The notes beneath the pieces were generated by a model, which was given only the letters and a program-made list of their open reading frames with translations, made no database searches and was not told the DNA's origin. A stretch of DNA of 63,536 bases, the filler included, from Octopus bimaculoides (taxonomy: Eukaryota), in assembly GCF_001194135.2 (NCBI RefSeq). It is 8 parts of 7 records of this genome, joined end to end, with 100 filler letters (N's around TTAATTAATTAA, not from the genome) between each part and the next. Parts side by side here need not be neighbours in the genome. Positions count along the whole stretch, not along the records: positions 62,182 to 63,536 come from NC_068984.1; 7 more parts are not named here. One strand, written 5' to 3'. Every line of letters begins with the position of its first letter. Within the stretch, counting starts at the first letter, position 1. The position numbers and the translations under genes were made by a program. Below, one piece after another: positions 62,675-63,536 of the stretch.

Positions 62675-63169
62675 CACATTTCTAATGAAGTTCACTGATT
62701 TGCAATGAATATCTTTCTCCTTTCTATCATGTCCTAAGTTAAACAAAACAATTTATTATCAGTGCTTTGTGTGAGTGAGTGTTGCATCTATAGGAATCCA
62801 CATTTTCCACTTTTTCGTAAAAATTTTTACATCATTGGAATTTTCTCGATGTGAACTTTCTAGTGCAGTAATTAGATTTTAAAAATTCTGTTTACTTTGT
62901 ATGATTTAAGGGAGATTTGGCTGTTGTTTCTAGCAACTTTTATATTTCTTCCCTTCTACCTGTACCAGCGTTTTTATAGAGAGTAAGAGTAAAAGAGGGA
63001 GAGAGAGAGAAAGAGAGGAAGGGAAAACGGAAGACAGTTATAAGATAGCAATGCATGCGCGTGTTTATATAATAAACACACACGAAATAAATCTTATATC
63101 TATAATGTTGATGTGTGTATGTGTTTATGTGTATGTTGTTACCACAGATCACGTATGTGTGGTTGTGCG

Positions 63170-63448
63170 TGTTTTTACGTTTCTATGTTATGAAAAATAT
63201 GTTAGAGGTAGAGGAAAGGTATTAAATGGGAGAGAGGAAGAAGAAGTAAGGGTGAAAAATGTAACCAAGTTAATCTATGACTTTGTATGTATCACTTTCT
63301 CTCTCTCTCTCTCTCTCCCTCTTTTACTCTTACTGACCCGTTTTATATGTAAGTTATTTATGCATCAGTACAAGAAGAAAGCAATGACATCGATTTCAAG
63401 TATTACTAAAATCAATTAAATTTCTCGGGCAACGCCGGGCTACACTGA
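63170..63448 (-). mobile_element. Helitron/HINE-like 5' end
   Basis: GTAGCCCGGCGTTGCCCGAG on the - strand, the same core as at 27692; left boundary uncertain. Confidence 0.4.
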
Positions 63449-63536
63449 TTATGATTATTTTATTTTCTTTCTTTTCTTTTATTCTTTTACTTGTTTACTT
63501 TAATCTCGAAATGCATATGTAGCTAATCTGAGTTGT

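Overview
AT-rich, microsatellite-saturated animal genomic DNA with many N gaps. The SINE families, repeat landscape and TTAATTAATTAA gap spacers suggest an octopus draft assembly (inference). No complete protein-coding gene can be supported, and most ORFs in the track are microsatellite or gap translations. Recognisable content is mobile DNA: four tRNA-derived SINE types (labelled A-D here), R4/Dong-like RLE LINE fragments, a Tx1/L1 RT fragment, mariner and Tc1 transposase remnants, a Penelope-like GIY-YIG remnant, an ISL2EU-like SAP/SWIM deletion derivative, a Merlin-like MITE with telomeric repeats, and Helitron/HINE-like ends. The most notable observation is a type I hammerhead ribozyme with a long G.U-rich stem I (8605-8711). 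It sits in a ~350-nt terminally redundant, 5'-inverted, retrozyme/Penelope-like unit; a second, degenerate hammerhead lies at 58.9 kb. Other highlights are a motif-dense promoter-like island at 21.6-21.8 kb, a near-perfect 86-nt hairpin at 37.8 kb, and repeat-free CpG-rich exon-like islands at 44-53 kb whose host gene I could not identify. All coordinates and alignments were read by eye.
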